The notes beneath the pieces were generated by a model. It was not told the DNA's origin. It did not search any database and was given only the letters and a program-made list of their open reading frames with translations. This document shows positions 19,417 through 28,835 of a stretch of DNA of 57,007 nt, in pieces; position 1 is the first letter of the stretch, and every line of letters begins with the position of its first letter. Position numbers and translations under genes: made by a program. The stretch is from a virus (lineage: Duplodnaviria; Caudoviricetes), in IMG/VR virus record IMGVR_UViG_3300049009_000900, positions 1 to 57,007 of that record. The stretch is one strand, 5' to 3'.

Positions 19417-19779
19417 CTACCTCCAGAAAGACAATTTTACGGTTTCCTTGTTCCTGCTGATGCAGACTTCTCCGAAATCTCCGAACTCGCAAATCCTGCC
19501 CTCAAGATCAGCGATATCGCATTCGAGATTCCCGTGTACATTTGGGTCTATCTTGTTTATGACGACCGGCTCGCTGAAATGGGATTCCATAGCTTCTATC
19601 TGCTCCGTGCCAGCCTTCGAAAGGAAACCCAACACCGCCCTCTTGCCGAGCCCGCGCATCCCTGGAACTCTCTGCGCCACCATCCACTCATCGCGGTAAT
19701 GTGACATATCTGGCATGCGTTTCCAGACATCAGGGTTCCTGAAAATAATTTCCTCAATATTTCTCAGATTTATCTCCAT
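19417..19779 (-). CDS. Hypothetical protein
   Basis: First gene of the minus-strand operon. ATG 19779 lies 7 nt after a -10 box. Confidence 0.6.
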   Translation of the reverse strand: MEINLRNIEEIIFRNPDVWKRMPDMSHYRDEWMVAQRVPGMRGLGKRAVLGFLSKAGTEQIEAMESHFSEPVVINKIDPNVHGNLECDIADLEGRICEFGDFGEVCISRNKETVKLSFWR

Positions 19780-19786
19780 CGATACT

Positions 19787-19815
19787 ATTCTAAAACAAAA
19801 GGCTTTTTTAAGCAA
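19787..19815 (-). promoter_or_regulatory. Sigma70-type promoter TTGCTT-N17-TAGAAT (probably leaderless)
   Basis: Hexamers with a 17-nt spacer. The -10 box ends 7 nt before ATG 19779. Confidence 0.5.
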
Positions 19816-19832
19816 CCCATTAGGAGAGAAAA

Positions 19833-20867
19833 ATGACAGACGAGACTTTCAGACCACAGAAACCAGAAGGCGCCCCAGAACTTTCCATACAAGGCAACAT
19901 ACCTCCAGAGTTCGCCAAGGCTTTGCAACAGCAAAAGGAATCCGCGTCACCAGAATCAACGCTTCAAAAGCCAAACAACAGTTTTTCCTCGATGAACCGA
20001 GAACAAAACACCAACGCGCCAGCGAACCCAAGAACTTCTCCGCAACCAGTGAGCCAAAACTCGTCCGGACACCTCAAGGAACTGCTTGAGACACTCAAGG
20101 GAAACAGCTCCCAATACGAGGAAGTGCAATTGCCTTCCAAGGGAAGGTTCTACGATGGAATAAACGGTCCATCTAACGGAATAGTAAACTTAAGACCTAT
20201 GACCGGCGAAGAGGAGCAGATTCTTGCGACCCCGCGGTTCGTCCGCAAGGGTCAGGCGATCAACATGATCTTCCAAAAATGCATAAAGGAGAACTTCAAG
20301 GTCGAGAACCTCTTGACCGTAGACAGAACATATCTCCTGTTGTACCTCCGAGGCATATCTTATTCCTCGAGCTACGACGTGGAAGTAAAGTGTTCAGAAT
20401 GCAGCTCGAAATTCAGCACCAACGTGGACTTGAGCAGCCTTTATGTCGAAACCTGCCCTATGGAATACGGTCCGATCATGGAGGACGTACTTCCGAACAC
20501 CAAATTGAGATTTCGCTACAGGTTGTCTACCGGCAAGGACGAGCAGGAAATCAACGAATACAGGGAACGTCGCATGAAGATGTTCGGCGACAGCGCCACG
20601 GACGACACTCTGACATACAGGACCGCGCAGCTTCTTGAAGACATTGACGGAATCAACGACAAGACCGAACTGCAAATCCTCCTCAAGAACTTGCCGATCA
20701 ACGACGTGTCATACATTCGAGGCGTGATCAACGAGCCTCCTTTCGGCGTCGACACCAAGATCGAGATCAACTGTCCTTCTTGCTCCGCTGAATTCTCGAT
20801 AGATCTGCCGCTCGAAACAAATTTTTTCTTCCCCCGGAGGAAGAGGGAAAAGAATCCCCAAGCTTAG
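19833..20867 (+). CDS. Baseplate hub / tail assembly chaperone (T4 gp26-like)
   Basis: VQLPSKGRFY, RPMTGEEEQILA and DRTYLLLYLRGISY motifs, two CxxC pairs (CSEC, CPSC) and a C-terminal NFFFP. Confidence 0.75.
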   Translation: MTDETFRPQKPEGAPELSIQGNIPPEFAKALQQQKESASPESTLQKPNNSFSSMNREQNTNAPANPRTSPQPVSQNSSGHLKELLETLKGNSSQYEEVQLPSKGRFYDGINGPSNGIVNLRPMTGEEEQILATPRFVRKGQAINMIFQKCIKENFKVENLLTVDRTYLLLYLRGISYSSSYDVEVKCSECSSKFSTNVDLSSLYVETCPMEYGPIMEDVLPNTKLRFRYRLSTGKDEQEINEYRERRMKMFGDSATDDTLTYRTAQLLEDIDGINDKTELQILLKNLPINDVSYIRGVINEPPFGVDTKIEINCPSCSAEFSIDLPLETNFFFPRRKREKNPQA

Positions 20868-21052
20868 AGCTTCAGAAGAACCTCCTAGAAGAAATATTCT
20901 TCTTCATGTATCACCTCCACCAGAGCATGCATGACACTCTTAGCATACCGACGCACTCCAGAAAGTGGCTCGTCAACAGATTCATCGAGCAAAAGCAGAA
21001 AGAGAACGATGCGATGGAATCAGAAAGAAGAAAATCAAAGCAGAGAAAGTAA
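20819..21052 (+). CDS. gp51-like frame, probably expressed by -1 frameshift from the gp26-like gene (not in ORF track)
   Basis: The -1 frame is open from the slippery heptamer A AAT TTT (20819-20825) to TAA at 21050-21052. It encodes ...LLEEIFFFMYHLHQSMHDTLSIPTHSRKWLVNRFIEQKQKENDA... Confidence 0.7.
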   Translation, partial: KFFLPPEEEGKESPSLELQKNLLEEIFFFMYHLHQSMHDTLSIPTHSRKWLVNRFIEQKQKENDAMESERRKSKQRK

Positions 21053-21055
21053 TAA

Positions 21056-21799
21056 ATGTCCACAAAAGAAAGACTTCAAAACCCAACCTGTAACGATACC
21101 GTGAGATTGCGGTTGTTCAGCTACAACAGCAACAACAGGGCGAACATGAAGTCTATCGACAAAGTGGACATCTACCATCTCGACCAAAACGGGGTTTCCC
21201 AGGTCAACCCGGACGGCAGAAGGCTGGTTCAGAGCGTCAGCGGAGACGATGTTGTGTCCGAGGGCACGGGATCGTACTATGTCGATGTCTCCATGCAAGA
21301 CCCTCTGTACACCATAGGTGACTATCTGGACATATGGTCGGTCACGTTCGAGACCAACGAATGTTCGACAGCCGAAATATCCAACTCTTTCAGGCTTTAT
21401 CCAGATCTCTGGTTCACTTCCCCAATTCCCCCAGTTTACGATTTCTCGTTCGGCTTCAAGCCTAACAGAATTGTTAAAGGTTCCAAGAGGTATCTGGTGA
21501 TCCAGATACAGCCAAACGTTCCGCGAGGAGCCGATCTACTGCCGTACTACGAAAATCTCGCCATAGTCTCAGATTTAAGAGTATCAATCGAAAAGGCTTG
21601 CGGCGATTGTGTCCCGCAAGAAAAAGACTTAAGATTGGTGGTGGATCGGCAACTTGTGGACTACAGGGAAAAGATGTACGCATATCTGTTCGTAGACACG
21701 AACGACTACGACCCAGGCATATACAACGTCTGGTTCGAACTAGCCTATGCCGAGAGCGTCTTCGTCTCGGAAAAGAACCAGCTTCAAATTTTCGAATGA
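21056..21799 (+). CDS. Putative structural protein (beta-sandwich-like)
   Basis: 247-aa beta-rich ORF (GTGSYYVD, GDYLDIW, PGIYNVWF) coupled to the chaperone gene. Confidence 0.55.
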   Translation: MSTKERLQNPTCNDTVRLRLFSYNSNNRANMKSIDKVDIYHLDQNGVSQVNPDGRRLVQSVSGDDVVSEGTGSYYVDVSMQDPLYTIGDYLDIWSVTFETNECSTAEISNSFRLYPDLWFTSPIPPVYDFSFGFKPNRIVKGSKRYLVIQIQPNVPRGADLLPYYENLAIVSDLRVSIEKACGDCVPQEKDLRLVVDRQLVDYREKMYAYLFVDTNDYDPGIYNVWFELAYAESVFVSEKNQLQIFE

Positions 21800-21863
21800 A
21801 ATAATCAGATTCCAAAAAAAAACGATTCGTGGTAGCATTGTCCGACAACACACGGAGACTGCT

Positions 21864-22928
21864 ATGTCATTGGATTACAAGCTGGATTTCTGGATCAAAA
21901 CCAACCAAAACGCTCTGTTTATTGGAAAGCATGGGGTCGGGAAGACCGCCATGGTCAAGAACGCATTCGAGCGAAACAAGCTACGGTGGAAATACTTCAG
22001 CGCGGCGACGATGGACCCTTGGGTCGATTTCGTGGGAATACCTAAAGAGACGACAATGTCGATCGACGGGCGAGAGGTGAGCTACCTCAAGATGATCAGA
22101 CCTCTGGAGTTCGCCCTAGGAGAGGTCGAAGCCATATTCATAGACGAATTCAACCGCGGACCGAAGAAGGTCAGGAACGCCGTCCTGGAACTACTCCAGT
22201 TCAAGAGCATAAATGGCGAGAAATTTCCTAACTTGCGCATAATATGGGCTGCGGTCAACCCGGACGACGAAATCAGCGCGTATGACGTCGAGAGGCTAGA
22301 CCCAGCCCAGCTTGACAGGTTCGAGGTTCACAGGCACATAGAATACAAGCCGGACGCGGACTATTTCAGGAAAAGGTTCGGCTTGGAAGCCGCGGACAGC
22401 GCCATATCTTGGTGGAACGAGCTGGATGTAGCCACGAAGGACTTGGTGTCGCCGAGAAGGCTCGAGTATGCCCTCAACCTGTATTCCGCCCAAGGTGACC
22501 TTCGCGACGTCCTGCCGATGGAGAGCGGCGTCTCCAAGCTGTTGCAGTCCCTGAAGGAAGGACCGACTGGCGAAAAGCTGTCCAAGCTAATGAAGAACGA
22601 TGACGTGGAGGAGGCACGGACATGGCTTCAGAACGAGAACAACTTCGCTTCCGCCACGAAATACATAGTCGAAAGCAAGACCCTGATGGAATGGTTCGTC
22701 AAGCTCATGAGCAAGGAGAAGATAGTCTCGCTCATGAGCCAGAACGACAAGGTGTTCAAGTTCGTGATGTCGAATGTTCTCGATGTCAGACCGTTCCGGG
22801 AGATTTGCAGGGACGTGATGCTGGCTGGAAACGACATCAAGATGATCTCCAGGATAAAGAAGATTTTCACGCAGAACCCGGAAGCGGCGAAGCATTTCTC
22901 CGAACTCATAAAGGTGTCGGACAAATGA
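21864..22928 (+). CDS. MoxR-like AAA+ ATPase
   Basis: Walker A GKHGVGKT, Walker B IFIDEFNR, and AAVNP...LDPAQLDRF. GGAG RBS before ATG 21864. Confidence 0.85.
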   Translation: MSLDYKLDFWIKTNQNALFIGKHGVGKTAMVKNAFERNKLRWKYFSAATMDPWVDFVGIPKETTMSIDGREVSYLKMIRPLEFALGEVEAIFIDEFNRGPKKVRNAVLELLQFKSINGEKFPNLRIIWAAVNPDDEISAYDVERLDPAQLDRFEVHRHIEYKPDADYFRKRFGLEAADSAISWWNELDVATKDLVSPRRLEYALNLYSAQGDLRDVLPMESGVSKLLQSLKEGPTGEKLSKLMKNDDVEEARTWLQNENNFASATKYIVESKTLMEWFVKLMSKEKIVSLMSQNDKVFKFVMSNVLDVRPFREICRDVMLAGNDIKMISRIKKIFTQNPEAAKHFSELIKVSDK

Positions 22929-24229
22929 GCATACCTTCGTCGGAATGGATGGAAATAGCTGGAAGGCTAGAAGAACACCATGCCATATTCTACAAGATTT
23001 GGTCGATCGGCAAGCCAATCATCGACGATTCCGTAGAGACAGCCGCCATACAGTTCGACAAGGTCGGGAGATTCGTCAAGTTCTGCTTCAACAGGAAATT
23101 CTGGGACAACCTTGACATGGACGGCAAGCTTTTCGTCGTGTGCCACGAGATGCTTCACGTAATGCTTAATCATGGAGTAAGGTCCAAAAGCGCGTCCAGC
23201 CAACAAAAGATCGCAGCCAACATATGCATGGACATAGTCATAAACCAAAGCTTGGTCACGAATTTCGGATTCTCCAGGGAGAAAGTGGAGTCGTCGGTTT
23301 CCAAAGCCATAGACATTTGCTCCGGCGAAAGCGGGGCAGAAGGCGACAGGCTATGCTGGATAGACACGATATTCCAAGGAAAAACCGTTTCGAAAAACGA
23401 CTGTTACGAATATTATTTCAACATGTACAAGGAGACGTTCCGCGACGGCAACCCAAGCATAGTGATGAACCTGAACTCCGGATGCCTCGATGACCACGCC
23501 ACCCTTTCCGAAGCAGACTGGAAGGATGTCATGAACAAGATATCCGGCGAGTCCACGGAAGAAGAGAAGGAATCGATAAAAAGATTCGTGGAAAAACATT
23601 TCATGTGTGGCGATGAGGCTGGAACGCTTGAAGGGTCTTGGATTTCCGCGGCGAACGAAAAATCCAAGGTAAAAAGGAAATGGGAGTCCGTCATAAGGCG
23701 TTGGGAGATAAGCGCCATGAAAAACACGTACGACCAGTCCGAACAATGGACGAGGAAATCAAGAAGAAGCCAAGAGATGTCCAGTTCCCTTTTCCTTCCA
23801 AGCGAGATGGAAACACACTGCTTCGGTCCGGAAGACGACAAAATCGACGTCTTCTTCTTCATGGACACATCGGGAAGCTGCTGGAGCCTGAAAGAAAGGT
23901 TCTTCAAGGCTGCAGGGTCGTTGAACCCAAAGAAATTCAACACGCGTCTATTCTGCTTTGACACCATGGTGCGTGAAACCACCCTTGCGTCCAGGAGGAT
24001 ATACGGCGGCGGGGGCACCATGTTCTCTATATTGCAGAAATTCGTCGAGGAGGAAATGCGGTCTAAAAAAATAAAGCATCCGACGGTATTCGTCATAACG
24101 GACGGATATGGAGACTCGATAAGGACTAACGTCCCGGACAAATGGATTTGGTTTCTCACAAGCGGTGGGTCTAAGGTCTGGATAGACCAAAGGTGTTCGA
24201 GGATATACGATTTGGCGAAGTTCGAGTGA
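22925..24229 (+). CDS. Metallopeptidase-vWA domain protein (DUF2201-like)
   Basis: HEMLH zincin motif, MIDAS DTSGS, GGGGT and ITDG. ATGA overlap with the ATPase stop. Confidence 0.85.
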   Translation: MSIPSSEWMEIAGRLEEHHAIFYKIWSIGKPIIDDSVETAAIQFDKVGRFVKFCFNRKFWDNLDMDGKLFVVCHEMLHVMLNHGVRSKSASSQQKIAANICMDIVINQSLVTNFGFSREKVESSVSKAIDICSGESGAEGDRLCWIDTIFQGKTVSKNDCYEYYFNMYKETFRDGNPSIVMNLNSGCLDDHATLSEADWKDVMNKISGESTEEEKESIKRFVEKHFMCGDEAGTLEGSWISAANEKSKVKRKWESVIRRWEISAMKNTYDQSEQWTRKSRRSQEMSSSLFLPSEMETHCFGPEDDKIDVFFFMDTSGSCWSLKERFFKAAGSLNPKKFNTRLFCFDTMVRETTLASRRIYGGGGTMFSILQKFVEEEMRSKKIKHPTVFVITDGYGDSIRTNVPDKWIWFLTSGGSKVWIDQRCSRIYDLAKFE

Positions 24230-24269
24230 TTTTGCTATTTACAAAAACGTTCCTTGAAAATATATTGTC

Positions 24270-24506
24270 TTGTCGAAAAAAATCATGGAGGTAGTCATGG
24301 ATGAAGTTTTGTCAGAACTCAGAAGAGTGAAAGTATTGTTCGATAAATTCCCCCTGGTATCCGACCAGATAGACGAGTCTAAGGGAACATACAAGAAATA
24401 CAAGATAGAGTACGAGAACGGCAAATACAGCGTTCCCGGATACGACGACGAATTCGATGGAATACTTGACGTCATGAAGCTCATCGATGAAATGCCGCAT
24501 TTTTAA
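24270..24506 (+). CDS. Hypothetical protein
   Basis: 78-aa ORF filling the gap before the convergent STAS gene. Start uncertain. Confidence 0.5.
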   Translation: MSKKIMEVVMDEVLSELRRVKVLFDKFPLVSDQIDESKGTYKKYKIEYENGKYSVPGYDDEFDGILDVMKLIDEMPHF

Positions 24507-24823
24507 TCGACGAATTTGAAAAACCCGGCTATCTTCGTGACTTGGAAAATCTCCTTGACGTTTTCGCTCATGGACTTGAAAGAAAGAACTGCATTGTTAG
24601 CCTTGGCTTTCTTGTTGGCTGATATGAGCTTACCCAACATAGAACTCGAAAGGTAGTTCGTATTCGAGAAATCTATGATGAACTCTTTCGCTTTGTGATT
24701 GGATTCGATCAAGGAGCAAAGTTCCTCTCCTATTATGCTTACCGATGACTCGTCATATATCTTTTCTTGCTTGAAACTGATCATGACTATATTGCCATCT
24801 TCCCTAGCTTCTATTAGGTTCAT
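24503..24823 (-). CDS. STAS-domain anti-sigma-factor antagonist
   Basis: IIDFSNTNYLSSSMLGKLI phosphoacceptor loop and VKEIFQVTKI. Length of 106 aa is typical of the SpoIIAA/RsbV family. Confidence 0.85.
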   Translation of the reverse strand: MNLIEAREDGNIVMISFKQEKIYDESSVSIIGEELCSLIESNHKAKEFIIDFSNTNYLSSSMLGKLISANKKAKANNAVLSFKSMSENVKEIFQVTKIAGFFKFVD

Positions 24824-24825
24824 GT

Positions 24826-25383
24826 CTATTCCCCCATGAAAAATGAATCTTCCATTTCCATCAGGCTTTCAAGAGATACTCCAGTCCATTCGCCATACCT
24901 GATACTGTATTTAAACTCCACCCCTTCCAATTCCGAAGATTTTACGAAAACAAGCCAAGGCTTCCTGGTTCTCTTCCAGCACATCATCGGCTTTCGGTTG
25001 CATCTAGACGAGTCCATTTCGGCTTGTTCGAGAAAAACGTCCAGTTCGCTGGAACCGTGCGTGAACACCGAATTCAAGTCTATGGCGTCATATCCGCCCT
25101 TGGACTCTATGCAGAACTTGAAGTTTGAAGGAACTATTAGATCGCCGGAAAAAACATCCCTGGCGTGTTTCGGAAGGTGATTTACCTGACCCCATCTGTT
25201 GCCGGACCCTACTGACCTAGAGAAATCCTCGCATGAGAACCTGTCGTTGAGCAATTTGGTGAGTTCCCTCTCGACCCGGCTTCCTTTCTTTTTGCCGTTG
25301 ACTTTCTTTTTTTTGGACTGGCGATTCTTTATGATGTCCTCTATGAAAAAATCATCCTCGTTTTCGCCAATGTTGTCTTTCAT
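24826..25383 (-). CDS. Holliday junction resolvase-like PD-(D/E)XK nuclease
   Basis: NGKKKGSRVERE, GDLIVP and IESK motifs. Confidence 0.75.
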   Translation of the reverse strand: MKDNIGENEDDFFIEDIIKNRQSKKKKVNGKKKGSRVERELTKLLNDRFSCEDFSRSVGSGNRWGQVNHLPKHARDVFSGDLIVPSNFKFCIESKGGYDAIDLNSVFTHGSSELDVFLEQAEMDSSRCNRKPMMCWKRTRKPWLVFVKSSELEGVEFKYSIRYGEWTGVSLESLMEMEDSFFMGE

Positions 25384-25390
25384 TTTCCCT

Positions 25391-26545
25391 CTAATTAAGT
25401 ATGTTTTCTATCTCCGCCATTGATGACCTTTGCTCCTCGAGCAAGGAAAGAACCTGTTCGGCTTCGGTAGCCGAAATGGTGTTGTTTCCAAGCAGGACTT
25501 GCGAGTTTGCGCATATTGAATTGCATATGTCGCATATGCTTTTCGTCTGCTTTTCTATCTCTGAAAGAACCATTTCGGAAGCCAAGCTATCGTCGATGGG
25601 ATACCCGTCTTCCATGTCTGCCTCATTTAAGGTAGTAACCAGATCCACTTCTATGTCATCACCCTGCGGCTCGACCTTGAATCCGTCGAACACCCACTTC
25701 TTCGGGCTGGACTTTGAAACCATCATCTTGATCGGACTTTTCACGAATCTCGAATCATTGTCTATATGGAAGAACCAAAGTTCCTCGTCCGGAAGCTTGG
25801 TCATCTTTGCCGAGTTCATTATCTTGCGGTAAGGTCCGACCTCGGACGCAGCCTCCCTCCATATGCTTGGCTCGGAAACAAAGAATATCTGACCCAAGGA
25901 AGATCGCAGATCGAAAACCCACATGGGTCTGAATCTGTTCCTGAACAGCCACAGGCACCTTTTGCCGCCCACATCGTACTCCCCTATGGAAACCGCCATG
26001 TGCCCATGATTTATCAAGGAAAATATGTCTTTGACCCCAGCCATCCTGTGGGGGTAAGGCAAGTCGCCGACATAGCCATCCAAGTCATTGAGGCTGTATC
26101 GCCTGGAGGCATGTTCGAACACCCGCAGAAGTATCTCGGAATCGCATTCGGATTTGACGCCGTATTTCTCTTTAAGGAACTGGTATTCATCGTCATCGAT
26201 CTTACCGTTGTGAGCCAAGGCGATGTTCCCAGACTCGCTTATGAAAGGGTGGTTGTTTTGGTTGACCAGAGGGCTTCCATAGCCCTTGCTAGCTCCCCTT
26301 GCGTGGACTATGGACAAGTCGCAGTCGAATGCCGCAACGTCGTTCCACGCTTTCGAGCCGACCAAGTCGCTTGATCTGCCGGGCTGCTTGTGGTGCAGGA
26401 TCTTGCCGGATTCTCCCTTCTCGGACATCCAAAACCCAGCCGCGTCGACACCCCTGACTTCAAGCTTCTCGAAGACTTTGGATATTATGCTCCAAGTGGC
26501 GTTTCGGTCGTTCGATTCGCCTATGTATCCAGCTATGCCGCACAA
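25391..26545 (-). CDS. Class II (Ntn) glutamine amidotransferase-domain protein
   Basis: TTG start at 26545 after AGGTG gives M-CGIAG with the catalytic Cys at position 2. Also RGVDAAG, HARGAS, NNHPF, LAHNG and DSE motifs. Confidence 0.85.
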   Translation of the reverse strand: MCGIAGYIGESNDRNATWSIISKVFEKLEVRGVDAAGFWMSEKGESGKILHHKQPGRSSDLVGSKAWNDVAAFDCDLSIVHARGASKGYGSPLVNQNNHPFISESGNIALAHNGKIDDDEYQFLKEKYGVKSECDSEILLRVFEHASRRYSLNDLDGYVGDLPYPHRMAGVKDIFSLINHGHMAVSIGEYDVGGKRCLWLFRNRFRPMWVFDLRSSLGQIFFVSEPSIWREAASEVGPYRKIMNSAKMTKLPDEELWFFHIDNDSRFVKSPIKMMVSKSSPKKWVFDGFKVEPQGDDIEVDLVTTLNEADMEDGYPIDDSLASEMVLSEIEKQTKSICDICNSICANSQVLLGNNTISATEAEQVLSLLEEQRSSMAEIENILN

Positions 26546-26554
26546 GTTTTTCAC

Positions 26555-27091
26555 CTACAGGTTTTTTAGTGTGCCAGTGCTTCCGCCGAGTGACGGGGCG
26601 TTGTCTGGCGGTATGGTTCCTGGAGCCGTCGGCTCCACCAACGACTTCGAATCGGGAACGACTGACTTCTTTTCCTTCTCCACGGGATTTGAGACTCCGG
26701 CATCGTCTTTTGTCGGCACGTCGTCATTTGGGCTTCCAAGGTCGTTTATCGGCAATCCCATCTGCGATTTGATCTTCTCCATGTCAGCCAACGCTATCCT
26801 TATGGCGTCGGGAAGAGACTTGGCTTCCTTGTCTTTCTCCTTGCCATCCATGGACTTCTTTATCATGATGGCTATGGCTTGCATCTTCTCGACCAGCCCC
26901 TTCATCTTTGGAGGGCTAATCCCAGTCAGGACAATCTTTATCTCGCCCACTATTCCGTTGGCTAGGTCGCCGAGTCGGACGCCCTTGTCGTCCACCACTT
27001 TCGACAAGTCGTTCAATGAGTTGTATATCTTTCCAACCTTGTTGGCGAAATCTTCCTCGTTTTCCATCAATAGGTACTGTTTGAAGTTCAT
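26555..27091 (-). CDS. Hypothetical protein with capsid-targeting-like N-terminus
   Basis: MNFKQYLLMENEE start, TAAATA 4 nt upstream, Pro-rich tail. Confidence 0.65.
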   Translation of the reverse strand: MNFKQYLLMENEEDFANKVGKIYNSLNDLSKVVDDKGVRLGDLANGIVGEIKIVLTGISPPKMKGLVEKMQAIAIMIKKSMDGKEKDKEAKSLPDAIRIALADMEKIKSQMGLPINDLGSPNDDVPTKDDAGVSNPVEKEKKSVVPDSKSLVEPTAPGTIPPDNAPSLGGSTGTLKNL

Positions 27092-28728
27092 GCTTTATTT
27101 ATGTTTTCCGGCGCGACTTTTTTGTTCTTTATGGCTGCGGCTATCAAACCCTTGAAAAGCGGAGCCGCCGCGGTGAGCCTGCTCTTGAACTCGGGATGAG
27201 CCTGTGTGCCTATGAAAAAAGGATGCAAATCGGTACTCAGTTCCATGATCTCGACCAGATTTGTCTGCGGATTCCTCCCGCTGACCAAAAACCCGGCTTC
27301 CTCGAAGCATTGAATGTACGACTCGTTTACCTCATATCTGTGCCTATGTCTCTCCCTTACCGTTTTCTGCCCGTAAAGTTCGTACGCTATGGTTTCCTTC
27401 TTGAGTTCGCAGTCATACGCGCCAAGCCTCATGCTTGCAGACTTTTTCGCCAGCCCATCTTGACCGGAAACGAACTTGACAACCGGATTCTTGGTTTCCT
27501 TGTCGAATTCCATGCTGTTGGCGCCCTCAAGGCGACACACGTTCCTGGAAAACTCTATGACGGCGCATTGCAGACCAAGGCATATGCCGAGAAATGGCAC
27601 TTTCTTCTCGCGAGCATATTGTATGCACTTTATCTTGCCCTCTATTCCCCTGTTGTCGAACCCACCGGGTATTATTATCCCGTCTAGGTTCTCGAAAAAC
27701 TTGTTCAGACCACGGTTGTCCTTGTACTTTTCCAGATCCTCCGACTTGAACCAATGAATCTCCACCTTGGAGTCATTCGCTATGCCGGCATGAAGCAAAG
27801 CCTCTTTCAGGGATATGTAAGCCTCATCGCAGTTGTCGTACTTGCCGAAAATACCTATGGAAATAGGTCTGAGGTTGTTGTTGGTGTATTTCTCGACGAC
27901 CTCGCGGTACTTGTGGATCCTGCAGGCGCTTCTGTTGAGGTGAAACAAGTCTACGAACAAGTCGTCGACATGGCGGTTGTAATAGGCTAGCGGGACCTCG
28001 TATATGGACTCGAAATCGGGAGCCTCAAACACGCATTCCCTGGTCACGTTGGAAAGTTGCGAAACCTTGTCCAGAATCTTCTCCGGTATCGGTTTCTCCA
28101 CCCTGCAAAGAAGGACATCAGCCTGCAAGCCGTGCCTCTGCAAGTCCTTGACGGCGTTCTGGAGGGGCTTCGTCTTGAACTCCTTGATGGTCTTGATCCA
28201 CAATATGGGGGCGACCATCACGATCAGAACCTCTGATCTATGGCTTTGCTTGAAAAGCCTGATCGACTCGTAGAACGCAAAGCTTTCCGAATCGCCGACT
28301 GTTCCGCCAACCTCGGCGATGACGATGTCGTGGTTCTTGCCGAGATCGACCAGCCTCTTCTCTATTTTGTCGGTAAGGTGGGGATTGACCTGTATGGTCT
28401 CGCCGAGGTACTTTCCGTGTTCCTGTTCCTCGATCAGTTCCTTCTGGAGGATTCCGTGCGTGCAAATATTGTCCTTGCTGACCGTTATTCCAGCTATCCT
28501 CTCGTAATGACCCAAGTCAAGATCGGTCTCCGTGCCGTCGTCGCAGAGGAAACACTCCCCATGCTCTCCGGGTCCCAGAATACCAGCATTAATGTTGTAG
28601 TACGGGTCGAACTTGACCAAGGTCACGATGTGACCTCGAAGCCTCAAAAGAAGACCTATACTGGCTGCAGCCACACCTTTGCCCGTGCCAGATATGACGC
28701 CGCCAACCACGAAAATATATTTTGCCAT
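27088..28728 (-). CDS. pyrG: CTP synthase
   Basis: GGVISGTGKG, TDLDLGHYER, GGTVGD, KTKPLQ, GICLGLQ, ERHRHRYE and QAHPEF motifs. Confidence 0.97.
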   Translation of the reverse strand: MAKYIFVVGGVISGTGKGVAAASIGLLLRLRGHIVTLVKFDPYYNINAGILGPGEHGECFLCDDGTETDLDLGHYERIAGITVSKDNICTHGILQKELIEEQEHGKYLGETIQVNPHLTDKIEKRLVDLGKNHDIVIAEVGGTVGDSESFAFYESIRLFKQSHRSEVLIVMVAPILWIKTIKEFKTKPLQNAVKDLQRHGLQADVLLCRVEKPIPEKILDKVSQLSNVTRECVFEAPDFESIYEVPLAYYNRHVDDLFVDLFHLNRSACRIHKYREVVEKYTNNNLRPISIGIFGKYDNCDEAYISLKEALLHAGIANDSKVEIHWFKSEDLEKYKDNRGLNKFFENLDGIIIPGGFDNRGIEGKIKCIQYAREKKVPFLGICLGLQCAVIEFSRNVCRLEGANSMEFDKETKNPVVKFVSGQDGLAKKSASMRLGAYDCELKKETIAYELYGQKTVRERHRHRYEVNESYIQCFEEAGFLVSGRNPQTNLVEIMELSTDLHPFFIGTQAHPEFKSRLTAAAPLFKGLIAAAIKNKKVAPENINKA

Positions 28729-28835
28729 CAGCTACTGCCTTCTACAAATTGTAAACTTGTGTAATTCTTGTTTCTTCTACTCAAATCTAACTAATAGAGT
28801 AAGTATAAAAAAAAGTATTTTCAAAGCAATAACTT

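Noticed and set aside
10810-21799. Extracellular contractile injection system or tailocin
   Set aside because: Neck proteins, a late sigma factor, and replication and nucleotide-metabolism genes indicate a complete lytic phage rather than a headless tail locus.
21747-22924. Extended N-termini in the ORF track (21747, 22622; also 8975, 11166, 37744, 49833, 54676)
   Set aside because: They overlap neighbouring genes extensively. Downstream ATGs with an RBS or ATGA coupling fit better.
24826-25383. Restriction endonuclease partner for the methyltransferase
   Set aside because: The motif layout (KGxxxERE...GD...IExK) and its position among replication genes fit a phage Holliday-junction resolvase, and it lies about 23 kb from the MTase.
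28729-28835. tRNA or riboswitch in intergenic gaps (also 36695-36812, 45850-46034, 50258-50354)
   Set aside because: No cloverleaf, T-loop or recognisable riboswitch core seen. The gaps are AT-rich and promoter-like. An Infernal/tRNAscan run would be decisive.
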